IMG/VR virus record: IMGVR_UViG_3300008110_000094
Span: 1 to 62,620 of that record
DNA: 62,620 nucleotides
Reading direction: 5' to 3' (one strand)
Origin: a virus
Lineage: Duplodnaviria; Caudoviricetes
The notes under the pieces were generated by a model. The model was not told the DNA's origin. It ran no database searches and worked only from the letters and a program-made list of their open reading frames with translations. The stretch's first letter is position 1, and each line of letters starts with the position of its first letter. Positions 36,948-46,458 of the stretch are shown here, piece by piece. The translations under genes were made by a program, and so were the position numbers.

Positions 36948-38020
36948 TCATTCTGGCGGCGCGGTTTGTTTCCAACCGGAAACGCGAGGATCGCAGGCCG
37001 CGCAGCCAGATGCGCTTTCAATTTACGGTACGCGGCGATCGAGAGCCCGTCCGTGCGCGCCGCGTACGCTCGCAACATGGACCGGCCGCCGATGCTGTGC
37101 CCGGTGATGGCCGCCGTCTCGGCGTCCGTGCACCCAGCCTCGAGCAATTGGGTTGTGACCGTTCCCCGGATGTCGTGAAAGTGCCGGTCGGCGTCCAAGA
37201 GCCCGGCTTTGGCAAGGGCCTCTTTCCAGCGCGCATTGAAATTCGGGGTGCCCCAGGGGATTCCTCGCGCCTCGGTCGCAAGGATCGTCTCGGCGCCACT
37301 CTTGCGGCATTCCTCGAGCAGCTCGCCCAATTGCGGAAGCTCCATCACGGGCAGGCGCACGATCGGCGGCGGAACCATTTTGGCGGTTTTCGACGGCGTG
37401 TAGGTGATCCAGCCGTCCCAATAGTCCGACCAGCGCAAGCGGCGCAGATCCCCGAGCCTTGCGGCGGTCAACAGGGCAAGCCTCACCATGCGCGACAGAT
37501 CGGGGCTGGCATGTGCCAGCAATTGCGCCAGCATCGCCTCGTCCCAAATCTTGTCGGCCCGCCGGCCGCCCCTGCCCAGCCGATCGATCCCCTTGGCGTG
37601 GTTGACGGTCACGATCCGGCGTTCATAGGCCCAAGAAAGGACCGTCCCCAAGACGCCTGTGATTTTGTCGGCCTTGGCCGGGTGCGCGGCGTGCTCGTCG
37701 CGCAGGGCGTAGAACTCGGTCCTTATGCGGTGGTCGCAAAGGTTCTCGATCGTCGCCCAACCAAGCCGATCCTCGATGATTCCCAAATAGTAGAAGGTCG
37801 CGGCCTGCCAAGATTGCGAGAGCGCCTTGAACTCGGGCGACTTGGTGTAGGCGGCGTTGATCGACCGAAACCCGTGCCCGGTCGATTGCAGGAAGCGCGA
37901 TGGCTCCTTCGCCTTGCGTTGGTAGATGTATTCTTTGATCGTGCCGTCAGCGAGCTTCTTGCGGACGACGTTTCGACCAGCGGGTTTTTCGGGCTTCAAA
38001 GTCGTCATGGGCGACACCAT
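36944..38020 (-). CDS. int: Tyrosine integrase
   Basis: TAARLGD (R), HFHDIRGT (HxxR), TGH, Y; N-terminal arm-binding region; start uncertain. Confidence 0.93.
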   Translation of the reverse strand: MVSPMTTLKPEKPAGRNVVRKKLADGTIKEYIYQRKAKEPSRFLQSTGHGFRSINAAYTKSPEFKALSQSWQAATFYYLGIIEDRLGWATIENLCDHRIRTEFYALRDEHAAHPAKADKITGVLGTVLSWAYERRIVTVNHAKGIDRLGRGGRRADKIWDEAMLAQLLAHASPDLSRMVRLALLTAARLGDLRRLRWSDYWDGWITYTPSKTAKMVPPPIVRLPVMELPQLGELLEECRKSGAETILATEARGIPWGTPNFNARWKEALAKAGLLDADRHFHDIRGTVTTQLLEAGCTDAETAAITGHSIGGRSMLRAYAARTDGLSIAAYRKLKAHLAARPAILAFPVGNKPRRQND

Positions 38021-38204
38021 TCTTGATCCCGGCAATACGGTCAAGGGCTTGGTCTATCTGGCGGCTGTCCCAGCGCGACGTTCCGGGGAGCGGGGCGGGG
38101 ACAATGCCGAGGTCTATCCAACGATAAAGCGTTGAACTCCCGACCTTTAGATACGCCATCACTTCAAGGCGGCGCATCAGGCGCGAGGGCTCACTTTCCG
38201 CCAC
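37947..38204 (-). CDS. xis: Excisionase (AlpA-like wHTH)
   Basis: EV..YL.V..STLYRWI..G..P.P.....RW; overlaps the int start. Confidence 0.8.
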   Translation of the reverse strand: MAESEPSRLMRRLEVMAYLKVGSSTLYRWIDLGIVPAPLPGTSRWDSRQIDQALDRIAGIKNGVAHDDFEARKTRWSKRRPQEAR

Positions 38205-38301
38205 GGCGCTTCCTCGCTGCGGTTCGCCACGCCAGAAACGCGACCGCCAGTATTGGCAGGACGATTGGTGCCAGAGCGATCGCGATCAGCCAGCCGTTCA
38301 T
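38191..38301 (-). CDS. 36-aa membrane peptide
   Basis: ATGA-coupled; MNGWLIAIALAPIVLPILAVAFLAWR... Confidence 0.5.
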   Translation of the reverse strand: MNGWLIAIALAPIVLPILAVAFLAWRTAARKRRGGK

Positions 38302-38657
38302 GCCGTCACCAGTTTCCGGCGATGGGGCGACAGGCGTGCGAACTCGCGCGCGAGATCCTTCATGTCGATGCCGTGCTTGGCCTCGAACGACGATTCTCCA
38401 ATGGCATGCTGTTGGGCGTGGCAAGTGAAACAAAGACTCAAGGTCCATTGATCGCCCGGCTTGACCGATAGAGCGCCGTCCGTGCCGGTCCTGACGTGAG
38501 CCGCAACGATGTCCCTGTTCTCGCACCCCGGAACGCAGCACCGATGGGTGCGGACCCATTTCAAATGGGGAGCACAGCGGATCGGGCCTGCGCGCCGGCC
38601 GATGTCGATCCGGGGGCGGGCGGGGCGCTTTTCCTTGGGGAGTTTGCGGGGAAGCAT
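38298..38657 (-). CDS. DUF968-like HNH-fold protein
   Basis: HLKWVR...C.VPGC.....AAH, KP.D....LC..CH..QH. Confidence 0.8.
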   Translation of the reverse strand: MLPRKLPKEKRPARPRIDIGRRAGPIRCAPHLKWVRTHRCCVPGCENRDIVAAHVRTGTDGALSVKPGDQWTLSLCFTCHAQQHAIGESSFEAKHGIDMKDLAREFARLSPHRRKLVTA

Positions 38658-38659
38658 GG

Positions 38660-38884
38660 TCAACCTTTCGGCCCGTTCAGAACGCAAGTACGGAGCTTGT
38701 TGTGCGCTGCTGCTGCGAATCCGTATGACGCATCGCGGATCATTCCATCGTCCGGCAGCGCATCCGGCACGCGCCGCGCCAAGAATGCGGAGAGGGCTTG
38801 GCGCAGCCCCGTTCTGGAGTTGATTGCAGCGCGCGCGGCATCAAGCTCCGCATCGCTGATATTGACTTCGCTCGGGTCGGTCAT
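38660..38884 (-). CDS. Hypothetical protein
   Basis: AAGGAG RBS, ATGA coupling. Confidence 0.55.
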   Translation of the reverse strand: MTDPSEVNISDAELDAARAAINSRTGLRQALSAFLARRVPDALPDDGMIRDASYGFAAAAHNKLRTCVLNGPKG

Positions 38885-39141
38885 TTTGGCTCCTTGTCCA
38901 AAGCGGCAACGCGCATACCGGCAGCAAAACCAGCCATCCACGTTGCCTCTGCAAAGTTGGCGATGCCGTGCGCGCGGCCCCATTCAATCAAGTCATTCGG
39001 ACATTCGCGCTCGGCAAGCAACCGGGCGGCGAAGGCGTCGGCGCGTTTTTTTGCTTGCGATATCTTGGCTACAGCGTCGCTTGTTCCTTTGGCCTCGGCA
39101 TCGTCCCAATAGAACGGGCGCGCAAATTCTGCTTTGCTCAC
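38881..39141 (-). CDS. Hypothetical protein
   Basis: Coupled within the operon. Confidence 0.55.
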   Translation of the reverse strand: MSKAEFARPFYWDDAEAKGTSDAVAKISQAKKRADAFAARLLAERECPNDLIEWGRAHGIANFAEATWMAGFAAGMRVAALDKEPK

Positions 39142-39467
39142 GTCGCACCGCCTTGCCCGCGCGCTCGGATGGCGTAAATCGTTTCGGCCTTAAACATTTC
39201 CAGAAGTCCGCCACCTTCGCTTTGTCCACCTTGGACGACGCGCATTGAATTTATGATCTTGATGCAGCGTTCACGTTCCGCCGCAACGGCATCTGCTGTC
39301 GACACGGCCGGCCTTGCGGTCAGCGCGGCGATGAGGGCGGCTTCTGCCGCGTTCATTGCCTCGCGCGCCGGTGGAAATTCGGCGGTGTATTCCTGCCCCC
39401 TGAACTCCAGTGCCGCCATATTCAGCAGCGCGTCTTTGTAGCGTCGAACCAAATCGTAGGGCGTCAT
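39138..39467 (-). CDS. Hypothetical protein (AERERC motif)
   Basis: AAGGAG RBS; AVAAERERC...IRAR pattern common in phage early genes. Confidence 0.6.
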   Translation of the reverse strand: MTPYDLVRRYKDALLNMAALEFRGQEYTAEFPPAREAMNAAEAALIAALTARPAVSTADAVAAERERCIKIINSMRVVQGGQSEGGGLLEMFKAETIYAIRARGQGGAT

Positions 39468-40114
39468 CGGGGTTGCTCCTTTGCGAGTGCTTTGGCCGCG
39501 AGTTCGGACATGCGTGCAAAGGCGCGGGCAACGCGCTCGCTGCCTTCCCATGCGCCTGTGCGGCGGTCGTCGCGCATCATTGCCGCCGACATTTCGCCCG
39601 CGCGTTTTAGCCGATGCAGCAAGGCCCGCGCCTCGGCAAGCTCACGCTCTGCGTTTTGCTGGGCACGCCATGCCGCGTTTGATCGGTCGCGGGAAGCTTC
39701 AAGGCCCTTGAGCAACTCGGCAATCTTGGCCTCTGCGCGTTCGGCGCGGGCGCGCATATCGGCCAGCGTCTTTAGTCGTTCGGATAGCGCAAGGTTCGTG
39801 TCGGCAAGCTCGGCCCGCAGCGTGTCGCACTCGGCGCGCATGGCAACCACATCATCTGCAATCTTGGAATTAAGCTTGATTTGCGCGTTAAGCTGATGTT
39901 CGGCTTGAGTGGTATTTAGGACACGCATATTCCACGCGATAGCGGCGCAATCTTCTGCGGACGCCATGCCAGGCGGCCCGTGAAATCTCGGCGGCCCGCT
40001 TCCCATGCAATCTCGGTTGGAACAACAAATCTTTCTGCCGTCTCGAATATAAGCAGATTGTGCTTTGCCCCCACAAAACGGACACGGCAGCAGTTGCGTC
40101 GGCGTCTTGCTCAT
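39464..40114 (-). CDS. Lar-family Zn-ribbon protein with coiled-coil tail
   Basis: LLPCPFCGG...C...C....A..AWN.R. Confidence 0.75.
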   Translation of the reverse strand: MSKTPTQLLPCPFCGGKAQSAYIRDGRKICCSNRDCMGSGPPRFHGPPGMASAEDCAAIAWNMRVLNTTQAEHQLNAQIKLNSKIADDVVAMRAECDTLRAELADTNLALSERLKTLADMRARAERAEAKIAELLKGLEASRDRSNAAWRAQQNAERELAEARALLHRLKRAGEMSAAMMRDDRRTGAWEGSERVARAFARMSELAAKALAKEQPR

Positions 40115-40725
40115 TTCGCGCTCCGTTTCAAAGCTTGCTTGGCCGCGTCCTGTTGCCACTTGCTATCGTTGCTCCATTCGATAGCGCGCAGCGCCGCTTC
40201 CAGTTCCGCCACGCGGTCAACAAGCCGCGCCTGACTTTCGGACAGCGCGAGATACTGGCTCGTTATTTCGCACGCTTCGGCCTCCAGTTCCGCCGCGCGC
40301 TTTTCAAGGGCGTCTGCGCGTGCCGTTTCAGCGTTGGCAAACTTGCGTTGGAACTCCGCTTCTGCCGACATCAACTTCAACTGCACTTCAACGGCAGCGT
40401 TTGTCGCGTCGGCTGCGGGCGGCGTGGCGGCGCTGGCTGGGCGCCACAGAACGTCGAACTTTCCGTCGTCATCAAACGACGTGTATTCGTAGCGCCAGCG
40501 ATGGCCGTCGAACATGAATGCGTCATCGTGGGGCGCGTCTTGCGGAAAGCGCGCTTTCAAAAGAAGGCCGTATTCTGGCGTGCCGTGACGCACTGTGCGC
40601 GATACACCCTGCTTCTGCCCCGCCTTCGCCTCACCCTCCCGGCGCGCGGCTTCTTGCTCAAGAATCTCGGTCATCGTGTACGGGTTGACCTTCCAATCGT
40701 TGAAAAGCGCCGCCAAATCCCGCAA
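40111..40725 (-). CDS. Hypothetical coiled-coil protein (start uncertain)
   Basis: Long operon-frame ORF; RVAELEAAL C-terminus. Confidence 0.55.
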   Translation of the reverse strand: MRDLAALFNDWKVNPYTMTEILEQEAARREGEAKAGQKQGVSRTVRHGTPEYGLLLKARFPQDAPHDDAFMFDGHRWRYEYTSFDDDGKFDVLWRPASAATPPAADATNAAVEVQLKLMSAEAEFQRKFANAETARADALEKRAAELEAEACEITSQYLALSESQARLVDRVAELEAALRAIEWSNDSKWQQDAAKQALKRSAK

Positions 40726-40750
40726 CTGCCCCGGCGTCAGTTTGTCGATG

Positions 40751-40960
40751 TCACTTGACCCTCTTTTGTGTTTTGCGAAGCATCTGAGAACTGGACTCGT
40801 ACCCCTCGATCACGCCGAGGGGATACCGGACGTGGCCGCTGTCGCCGTTGGTGCGGAACCACGACGGACCCTTGTTCTGCATGCGCCAGCGCCGCAGGGT
40901 TTCCGGTCGGATGCCCCAGCGCTCGGCAAGCTGGGCGGTGGTGAGGGCGGATTCAGTCAT
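40751..40960 (-). CDS. Excisionase-like HTH DNA-binding protein
   Basis: LT..QLAERW.I...TL.RWR....GP.......VRY. Confidence 0.8.
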   Translation of the reverse strand: MTESALTTAQLAERWGIRPETLRRWRMQNKGPSWFRTNGDSGHVRYPLGVIEGYESSSQMLRKTQKRVK

Positions 40961-41241
40961 GCCGCCTCGATTTTCTTCGGCTTGAGCGCGTCCATGCTGG
41001 CATCGGTGCGCCACGTCTCCCGCACCCACAGCCGATCGTCGGGGGCGAAGCGCAGCAGGTTCGGGTACTTTGGGGCGTCTATGACGTGTGTCGTCAGCCC
41101 CATGCGCGTCTTTGTCGCCTCGCGCAGCACCATGTTGCTGTCGCGCCGGACGCCTTTGATGATGCGCCGCGTCTGGGTCTTGCGGCCGTCGAGCAGGGCG
41201 CGCACCATCGGCGCCGCGAAGATGATCGGGCGATCAGTCAT
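40957..41241 (-). CDS. ASCH/PUA-like phage protein, apparently short
   Basis: RPIIF..PMVRALLDGRKTQTRR...DRLWVRETW. Confidence 0.7.
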   Translation of the reverse strand: MTDRPIIFAAPMVRALLDGRKTQTRRIIKGVRRDSNMVLREATKTRMGLTTHVIDAPKYPNLLRFAPDDRLWVRETWRTDASMDALKPKKIEAA

Positions 41242-41530
41242 AGTTTTTGTCCTCGGCTTGTTTTGCGCGCCACGCATCGAGTTCCGCGTCGGTGATGCCG
41301 AGCGCCTTCTGCAGCGTTTCGCAATAGCGGTTCCGGTCGGTGAGCTTTATCCCGGCCGATCGGTTCGTCCGTGCGATGGCGATGCTTGACAGCACCTCGT
41401 GGCACAGCTTCGGCGCGCCGTCCTTGCCGTGGATACAAGCGCCGTTGGGCGGCTCGTCGCCGATCCAGGACGTGTAGACGTAAAGCCCGCACGTCTTGCA
41501 CGATCCTTCGGCTTCGGTGAGGGCGGTCAT
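41234..41530 (-). CDS. Small Cys-containing hypothetical protein
   Basis: CKTC...C...C; ATGA coupling. Confidence 0.55.
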   Translation of the reverse strand: MTALTEAEGSCKTCGLYVYTSWIGDEPPNGACIHGKDGAPKLCHEVLSSIAIARTNRSAGIKLTDRNRYCETLQKALGITDAELDAWRAKQAEDKNYD

Positions 41531-42558
41531 GCGCGCACCTGCGGGTAATCGTCGTGGGTGCGACCGTCAAGCGTGCGGCCGGTGGCCTTCTTGCTGGCTT
41601 TTCGGAAATACTGATTTTCCATGAAGACGCCGACGCCCCGAATCTCTTCGTCTTCTTGGATCTCACTCGCCGGCGTCTCGACAGGAGCCCACGAACCCCA
41701 CTGTTTGAACAGGAAGGCGACGCCCGCGTGCGCGCACTGGTCGCGCAACGACTGCGCCCAGGCAGGGTGCATCGGGCGCGCATCGGGGCCGGACTCGCCG
41801 CCGGCCACGACCCAATCGAGGCGAGGTACGCGGCCCGTCGGCTCGCCCATCCAGTCGCGGGCGTAACCTTCGAGCGCGTGCAGATTTTCGGCGCCGCGAA
41901 AGTTCATCGTGTCGATGCCGTTCAGATCGACCGGGCCCAGCAACGGCTCGGCGCTGATCCACCGCACGGCGGCGGGCGTGTCCAACAGGATCGGGATGCG
42001 CTCGTCGGCGCGGCGCTGGTCTTCGACCGACACGCCAAGCCAGACGTTCGGCAGGGGCATCACGTCGTCATGGCCAGCGTGATACGCAGAAGCTAGCTCT
42101 GCACCATCGACAATATCCACATGGCGACACGCCGCTTCGAGTATTCGATTCACCGCACCTGTCGCCCGCACATAATCCCGCATCCGCTCGGGCCGCTTGG
42201 TCAGCACTTGGAACGTGTGCTGCGGCGCCAGCGCCATCACGGCGAACACGCGGTCGATCGTCTCGTCGGTCACGCCGTAGGCGAATAGGTCTGACATGCT
42301 GTTGACGAAGACGCGCTTCGGCTTGCGCCATTTCAGCGGATCGAGCAGCGCCTTTTCCCAGACGCGCACCTCGCCGGTCCAGACCGGCTTTCCGTTCACA
42401 ACGCGCGTGAGGCCTTTGTATTTGGCCTGGTCGAGCCGCTCGCCGAGCCGGTGCGCCTCGCCCATCGCGTAGCAATTCGTGCAGCCCGGCGACACGAGGC
42501 TGCAGCCCGCGATCGGGTTCCAAACTTGATCCGTCCATTCTATACTTGTCTTACCCAT
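41527..42558 (-). CDS. DUF5131 (Gp37/Gp68, radical-SAM-like) protein
   Basis: IEWTD..WNP..GC..VSPGC.NCYA, FVNSMSDLF, LTKRP, S.EPLLG, WVV.GGESG..ARP, FKQWG. Confidence 0.92.
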   Translation of the reverse strand: MGKTSIEWTDQVWNPIAGCSLVSPGCTNCYAMGEAHRLGERLDQAKYKGLTRVVNGKPVWTGEVRVWEKALLDPLKWRKPKRVFVNSMSDLFAYGVTDETIDRVFAVMALAPQHTFQVLTKRPERMRDYVRATGAVNRILEAACRHVDIVDGAELASAYHAGHDDVMPLPNVWLGVSVEDQRRADERIPILLDTPAAVRWISAEPLLGPVDLNGIDTMNFRGAENLHALEGYARDWMGEPTGRVPRLDWVVAGGESGPDARPMHPAWAQSLRDQCAHAGVAFLFKQWGSWAPVETPASEIQEDEEIRGVGVFMENQYFRKASKKATGRTLDGRTHDDYPQVRA

Positions 42559-43177
42559 GATCGACCTCTTTGAATCCGCAGAACGCCGTTGTGGCAAATG
42601 CCGACTGCTCAAGCAGCCGACTGCGTTCACTCGAGACGCTTCTCGAAAGAGCGGCCTTAACTACGTTTGCGCGGATTGCAAAAGCAGCCGAGTGATGGCG
42701 GGGCCAACGATTAGAGAGAGACGGTCGCGCCGTGCTGCAGGGCTGGCGTGGTGCAGAACGTGCAGCGATTGGCTTCCGGCTCTCGACGTGAACAAGGGCG
42801 TGTGTCGATCTCACGCAAATGCCGAAGCGCGGGCGCTTTATCGTTGTTCCGCCACGTTTAGGGATGCGCGCCGTGCACATGCGGTACGGCGAAAGCGCGG
42901 TGTGGAGCGCGTTCCGGAAATCGGCAGGGTGTGTTTGCTGGAGTATTTCGAGGGCAGGTGCGCTTATTGCGCCGCTGCAGCCGAAACCTGGGATCACGTT
43001 GTTCCAGTCGCGCGAGGCGGCGAGACTACGCCCGAAAACATCGTCCCTGCGTGTGTGCGCTGCAATAGCTCCAAACGCGACAGTGACGTTTGGGAGTGGA
43101 TGGCGCGAAAAGGGATCGAACCGACAGAGCTTTTGGTTGAGCGCCTTTCCGAAGGTGGCGCAGGCGTTTGCAGCTAG
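42557..43177 (+). CDS. HNH endonuclease inserted in reverse orientation
   Basis: Zn ribbons C..C, CAYC...DHVVP.ARGG....N.VPAC..CNSSK; promoter TTCCAA(42518)-N17-TATACT(42541). Confidence 0.88.
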   Translation: MIDLFESAERRCGKCRLLKQPTAFTRDASRKSGLNYVCADCKSSRVMAGPTIRERRSRRAAGLAWCRTCSDWLPALDVNKGVCRSHANAEARALYRCSATFRDARRAHAVRRKRGVERVPEIGRVCLLEYFEGRCAYCAAAAETWDHVVPVARGGETTPENIVPACVRCNSSKRDSDVWEWMARKGIEPTELLVERLSEGGAGVCS

Positions 43178-43212
43178 CTTCGCATCCGTCCATTCGATGC
43201 CGGTTTTCGTGC

Positions 43213-44907
43213 TCATGCCGCAGCCCTCTCGCGCTCGACGGGACGCAGGAAGCCGTCGTCGATCCAGAACGCTTGGCCGCCCAGGCGATCAATCGGGGGC
43301 AGGGAGTTGCGATCCGAGTAGGTCATGGCGACCAGTGCGGGTTTGCCCCACGCCTTGTTCAAAAGGTTGACGAGCCCGCCGCGACCGCCCTTGTCCAGAA
43401 GGTCGGCGCGGTCCATGACGAGAATTTCGGAGCCGTCCAGTTGGGCGCACGCAACCTGCATGACGAAGCGGACGCGCATCTGTTCGCCTTCGGAACAGGC
43501 TTCGTAGGGTCGCACGCCGTAGAGGCAATCGAGCGTTTCGCTAACCGTCACGGGCTTCCACTTGGCGGCTTCCCAGATGGGCCGAAGGATGCTCTCGTTG
43601 AACGCCTCGACCGCCTTTGCGGTACGGCGCTTGCGAAGGCCATCGGGCGCAAGCTGGTCGATCATGGCTTGGTTCTTGACGATCCGATTGTGCAGCGCGT
43701 CGGCGGCCTGCTTGTCCTCGGCCGCTTTCACTATCCTGGCTGCGTCTGCATGGATCGTGCGAAGAACGGCAATATCGGCCGGCGCTTCGTCGGACTGCTT
43801 GGCGTCGGCGCGGGCCTCGGCCAGCTTTTGCCCGGCGTTCTTGGCGACGGCGAGTTTGCCTTCGATGTCGGCAAGGGTTGCGCGCAGGCCGGGAAGCACC
43901 AGCGAGGATCGGTTGGTGATCGTGCCTTCCAGCTCGGCGCGGCGCTCGCGGGCTGCTTTGATCTGAGCCGATGTCATGGGCTTGGCCGGGGGCGGGGCGT
44001 GCAGCGTCGTCACCCCACCAGCCGACTTGACGAGGATCGGCTGTTCGCAATGCGGGCACTTGACCCCGCCATCTTCCCCGTTGACCGGGGGAAGGGCGGC
44101 AAGATCCGCACGGGCCTTGGACAGTTCGGCCTCGGCTTCGTCGATCTTGGCTTGGACCGCCGCGCGTTCTTCGGTGAGCGGCGCCAATTGATCGGCTTCC
44201 GCCTTCCAGGCTTCGATCTTCGCTTGGTCCACGGCGGTTGCGGCAATCCCGGCCTCGAGCGCCTTCTGGGCATCGTCCAGTTCGGCCTTCAATTGGTCGA
44301 TGGGATCGCTCGTGTACCCGTCAGGCGTCCACGACCCGCCCTTGGCGCTGCCGTATTGCTCGTTGGTGACTTGCTTCCACTGGCCCTTGAGCGTGGTGCC
44401 GTGGTCGGCGGCCTTCTTGTGCGTGGCGTCCCAGCCGTTATCCTGCAGGGCCTTCCAGATGGCGTCGATGCCCTTCTGGTCGAAGCCCAAGTCGCCCATG
44501 GCGGCGGCAACATCATCCTTGTCGGGATTGGTTTTGAGCAGGGCGGCGAGGGCAAGCCCGCGCTTCTTGCTGTCCATGTCGGGGATCGACACCAACCCCG
44601 CAGCAAACGGCGACACGTTCGGCTGGGTGCCGTTCGCCGTTGCCGAAGCCTTGGGATAGGCGACCGTCAATTCGCCTTGGGGCGACTTGATCTTGATGCC
44701 CCCGGCGCTTTGGCCGGTGCGGACCAGAGCCCCGGCCTCGCCCTTCGTAAGCCAGGGCGGCACTATCTGCCCGGTGACGGCAAGCGCCAGGGCGCTGCAG
44801 ATCGAGGACTTGCCAGATCCGTTCGGACCGGCAATGAGGGTAAGGCGATCAAGTGCAAAGTCGGCACGCTCGATCGCGCGGAAATCACGAATAGCGACGG
44901 TCAACAT
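43213..44907 (-). CDS. SbcC/Rad50-like ABC-ATPase with Zn-hook
   Basis: GPNGSGKSS Walker A, coiled coil, CPHC, CSEGE signature, VMDRAD. Confidence 0.85.
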   Translation of the reverse strand: MLTVAIRDFRAIERADFALDRLTLIAGPNGSGKSSICSALALAVTGQIVPPWLTKGEAGALVRTGQSAGGIKIKSPQGELTVAYPKASATANGTQPNVSPFAAGLVSIPDMDSKKRGLALAALLKTNPDKDDVAAAMGDLGFDQKGIDAIWKALQDNGWDATHKKAADHGTTLKGQWKQVTNEQYGSAKGGSWTPDGYTSDPIDQLKAELDDAQKALEAGIAATAVDQAKIEAWKAEADQLAPLTEERAAVQAKIDEAEAELSKARADLAALPPVNGEDGGVKCPHCEQPILVKSAGGVTTLHAPPPAKPMTSAQIKAARERRAELEGTITNRSSLVLPGLRATLADIEGKLAVAKNAGQKLAEARADAKQSDEAPADIAVLRTIHADAARIVKAAEDKQAADALHNRIVKNQAMIDQLAPDGLRKRRTAKAVEAFNESILRPIWEAAKWKPVTVSETLDCLYGVRPYEACSEGEQMRVRFVMQVACAQLDGSEILVMDRADLLDKGGRGGLVNLLNKAWGKPALVAMTYSDRNSLPPIDRLGGQAFWIDDGFLRPVERERAAA

Positions 44908-44910
44908 AGA

Positions 44911-45963
44911 TCAGCCCTCCGATCCAAACAGAGATTCCGCGTCGTCTTGGGCGGGCGGTGTCGGTGCCGCCGCCTTCGGCTTGCGGTTCTCGACCTTCAA
45001 GTTCTCGGGGATCGGCGGCATGTCGTCGCCGGCCGGTGCGCTGGCCGCTGCCGGTTTTTGTTCGGCGGCCGGTTTCACCTCAGTCGCAGCGGGCTTCTGT
45101 TCGGCCGACGAGGACTTGCCGGAGTCCTTTTTCTCGGACTTCTCGCGCTCGACGATTCGGGCGTCTTCGAGCGTCGGATAGATTTCATCGACGACCGTAA
45201 GGCCTTCGTGAATGCCTTTCATTTCCATGTAGACGCGCGCGAGGTCGCGGATCGTCCATTTGTCGCGCGCACGACCGAGAACCGCCGTCACGCGCAGTTC
45301 CGCGATGTTGTGCCGCTCCATGACGCGATCAATAAAGCCATGGGCCTTCTGCTTGGCGTCGTCGGACTCGAATTTCTTCAGGAGTCCGGTTTTGGCCTCG
45401 TCGATCATGTAGTCGGCGAAGCCGCGCAAAGCGTTGACGATGACGTTTCGTGTCGCCTTCGACACGCCGATCTGGAACACGATGTCGGCTTGGCGATCGG
45501 CATCCTTCATGCCGGTGCCCTGCGACTTGCGCTGCTGGAACGGGCGCTCAAGCCCGAAGCCGGTTTCGAGATCGAGGAACTGCGCGTAGATGATCCAGTG
45601 CGAGCCGACATCTTCGACGCGCTGCCCGATTCGGCAGTTTCCGTACTCGCGCACGAGATCCATCGCGAGTTTGATGGTCGGACCTTCGATGATTTCGGTG
45701 CGCTTGTTCTTGCGGTCGTGCACTGGCCACGAATAAACGTAGTCGTCGCCGAACGTGTTGGCGTGGACCTGCAAGCGCTTCATTACGGACGAAACGTCGC
45801 GCGGCTGCACGATTTTGTGCGAAGTCAAAATGCCGCCATAGGTGTTGACCGTAAGTCCGCCAGTGCGATCCGGCAGGGCTGCAGGCAGACCGCCCATTCC
45901 AGCCATCCGTTCTGCGGGATCGGAGCGCAGAGGTTCGAGCAATTCCGGTGTTGCGGCGTTCAT
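44911..45963 (-). CDS. Putative recombination (ssDNA-annealing-like) protein
   Basis: YSWP...IEGPTIKLA......GN, D.ETG, SKA.RN motifs; acidic tail; nuclease neighbours. Confidence 0.55.
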   Translation of the reverse strand: MNAATPELLEPLRSDPAERMAGMGGLPAALPDRTGGLTVNTYGGILTSHKIVQPRDVSSVMKRLQVHANTFGDDYVYSWPVHDRKNKRTEIIEGPTIKLAMDLVREYGNCRIGQRVEDVGSHWIIYAQFLDLETGFGLERPFQQRKSQGTGMKDADRQADIVFQIGVSKATRNVIVNALRGFADYMIDEAKTGLLKKFESDDAKQKAHGFIDRVMERHNIAELRVTAVLGRARDKWTIRDLARVYMEMKGIHEGLTVVDEIYPTLEDARIVEREKSEKKDSGKSSSAEQKPAATEVKPAAEQKPAAASAPAGDDMPPIPENLKVENRKPKAAAPTPPAQDDAESLFGSEG

Positions 45964-45984
45964 CTGTTTGAGCCTTCCTTTGGG

Positions 45985-46434
45985 TTAAGCGACGATCTGC
46001 CAGTCGTCAGCCAGCACGTCGGTCTGGCTGGCGAGCCACGGGACGAGCGCGCCCTGCACTGTCATCATGTCGATGTGCGGCAAGTAGTCGAACTTGGTGC
46101 CGACAGGCACGCCTGCGAGTGCAAGCGGACGACCTTCTTCGACAGTGAGTTGAATGCTGCCCGGCACGAGGACCAGCCACATGCCTTTGCCGTTCCAGCC
46201 GGCACGCGCAACACGATGGCCTGCCTTGAGGGCGGCGATCGCATGGCCGAAGCTCATAGCATCGATCGGCTGATAAGCAGCCTCGAACACGTCTTTGGGC
46301 GACCAAGAAACGTATCCGTCTGCGTATTGCACATGGTAGCCGGGCCGACCGTCCATCGCTTCCCACGGGTAAGCGGTGATGCGCTTCGTGCCGTAGTAGT
46401 CCTTGGTGGTTTCGGAAATAGTTTCGGCGTGCAT
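45985..46434 (-). CDS. DUF2829 (Tad2-like) protein with N-terminal GY.V.Y.DGY.SWSPK.VFE.AY domain
   Basis: MSFG.A..ALK.G.RVAR.GWNGKGM...PW.ASQTD.LA.DW. Confidence 0.85.
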   Translation of the reverse strand: MHAETISETTKDYYGTKRITAYPWEAMDGRPGYHVQYADGYVSWSPKDVFEAAYQPIDAMSFGHAIAALKAGHRVARAGWNGKGMWLVLVPGSIQLTVEEGRPLALAGVPVGTKFDYLPHIDMMTVQGALVPWLASQTDVLADDWQIVA

Positions 46435-46458
46435 TGTTCTGAGCCTTCCTGGGTTGGT

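Noticed and set aside
42551-43216. 221-aa minus-strand ORF as a functional protein
   Set aside because: Only the first ~11 residues look homologous to DUF5131 and the rest is antisense to the HNH gene; kept only as a possible coupling frame.
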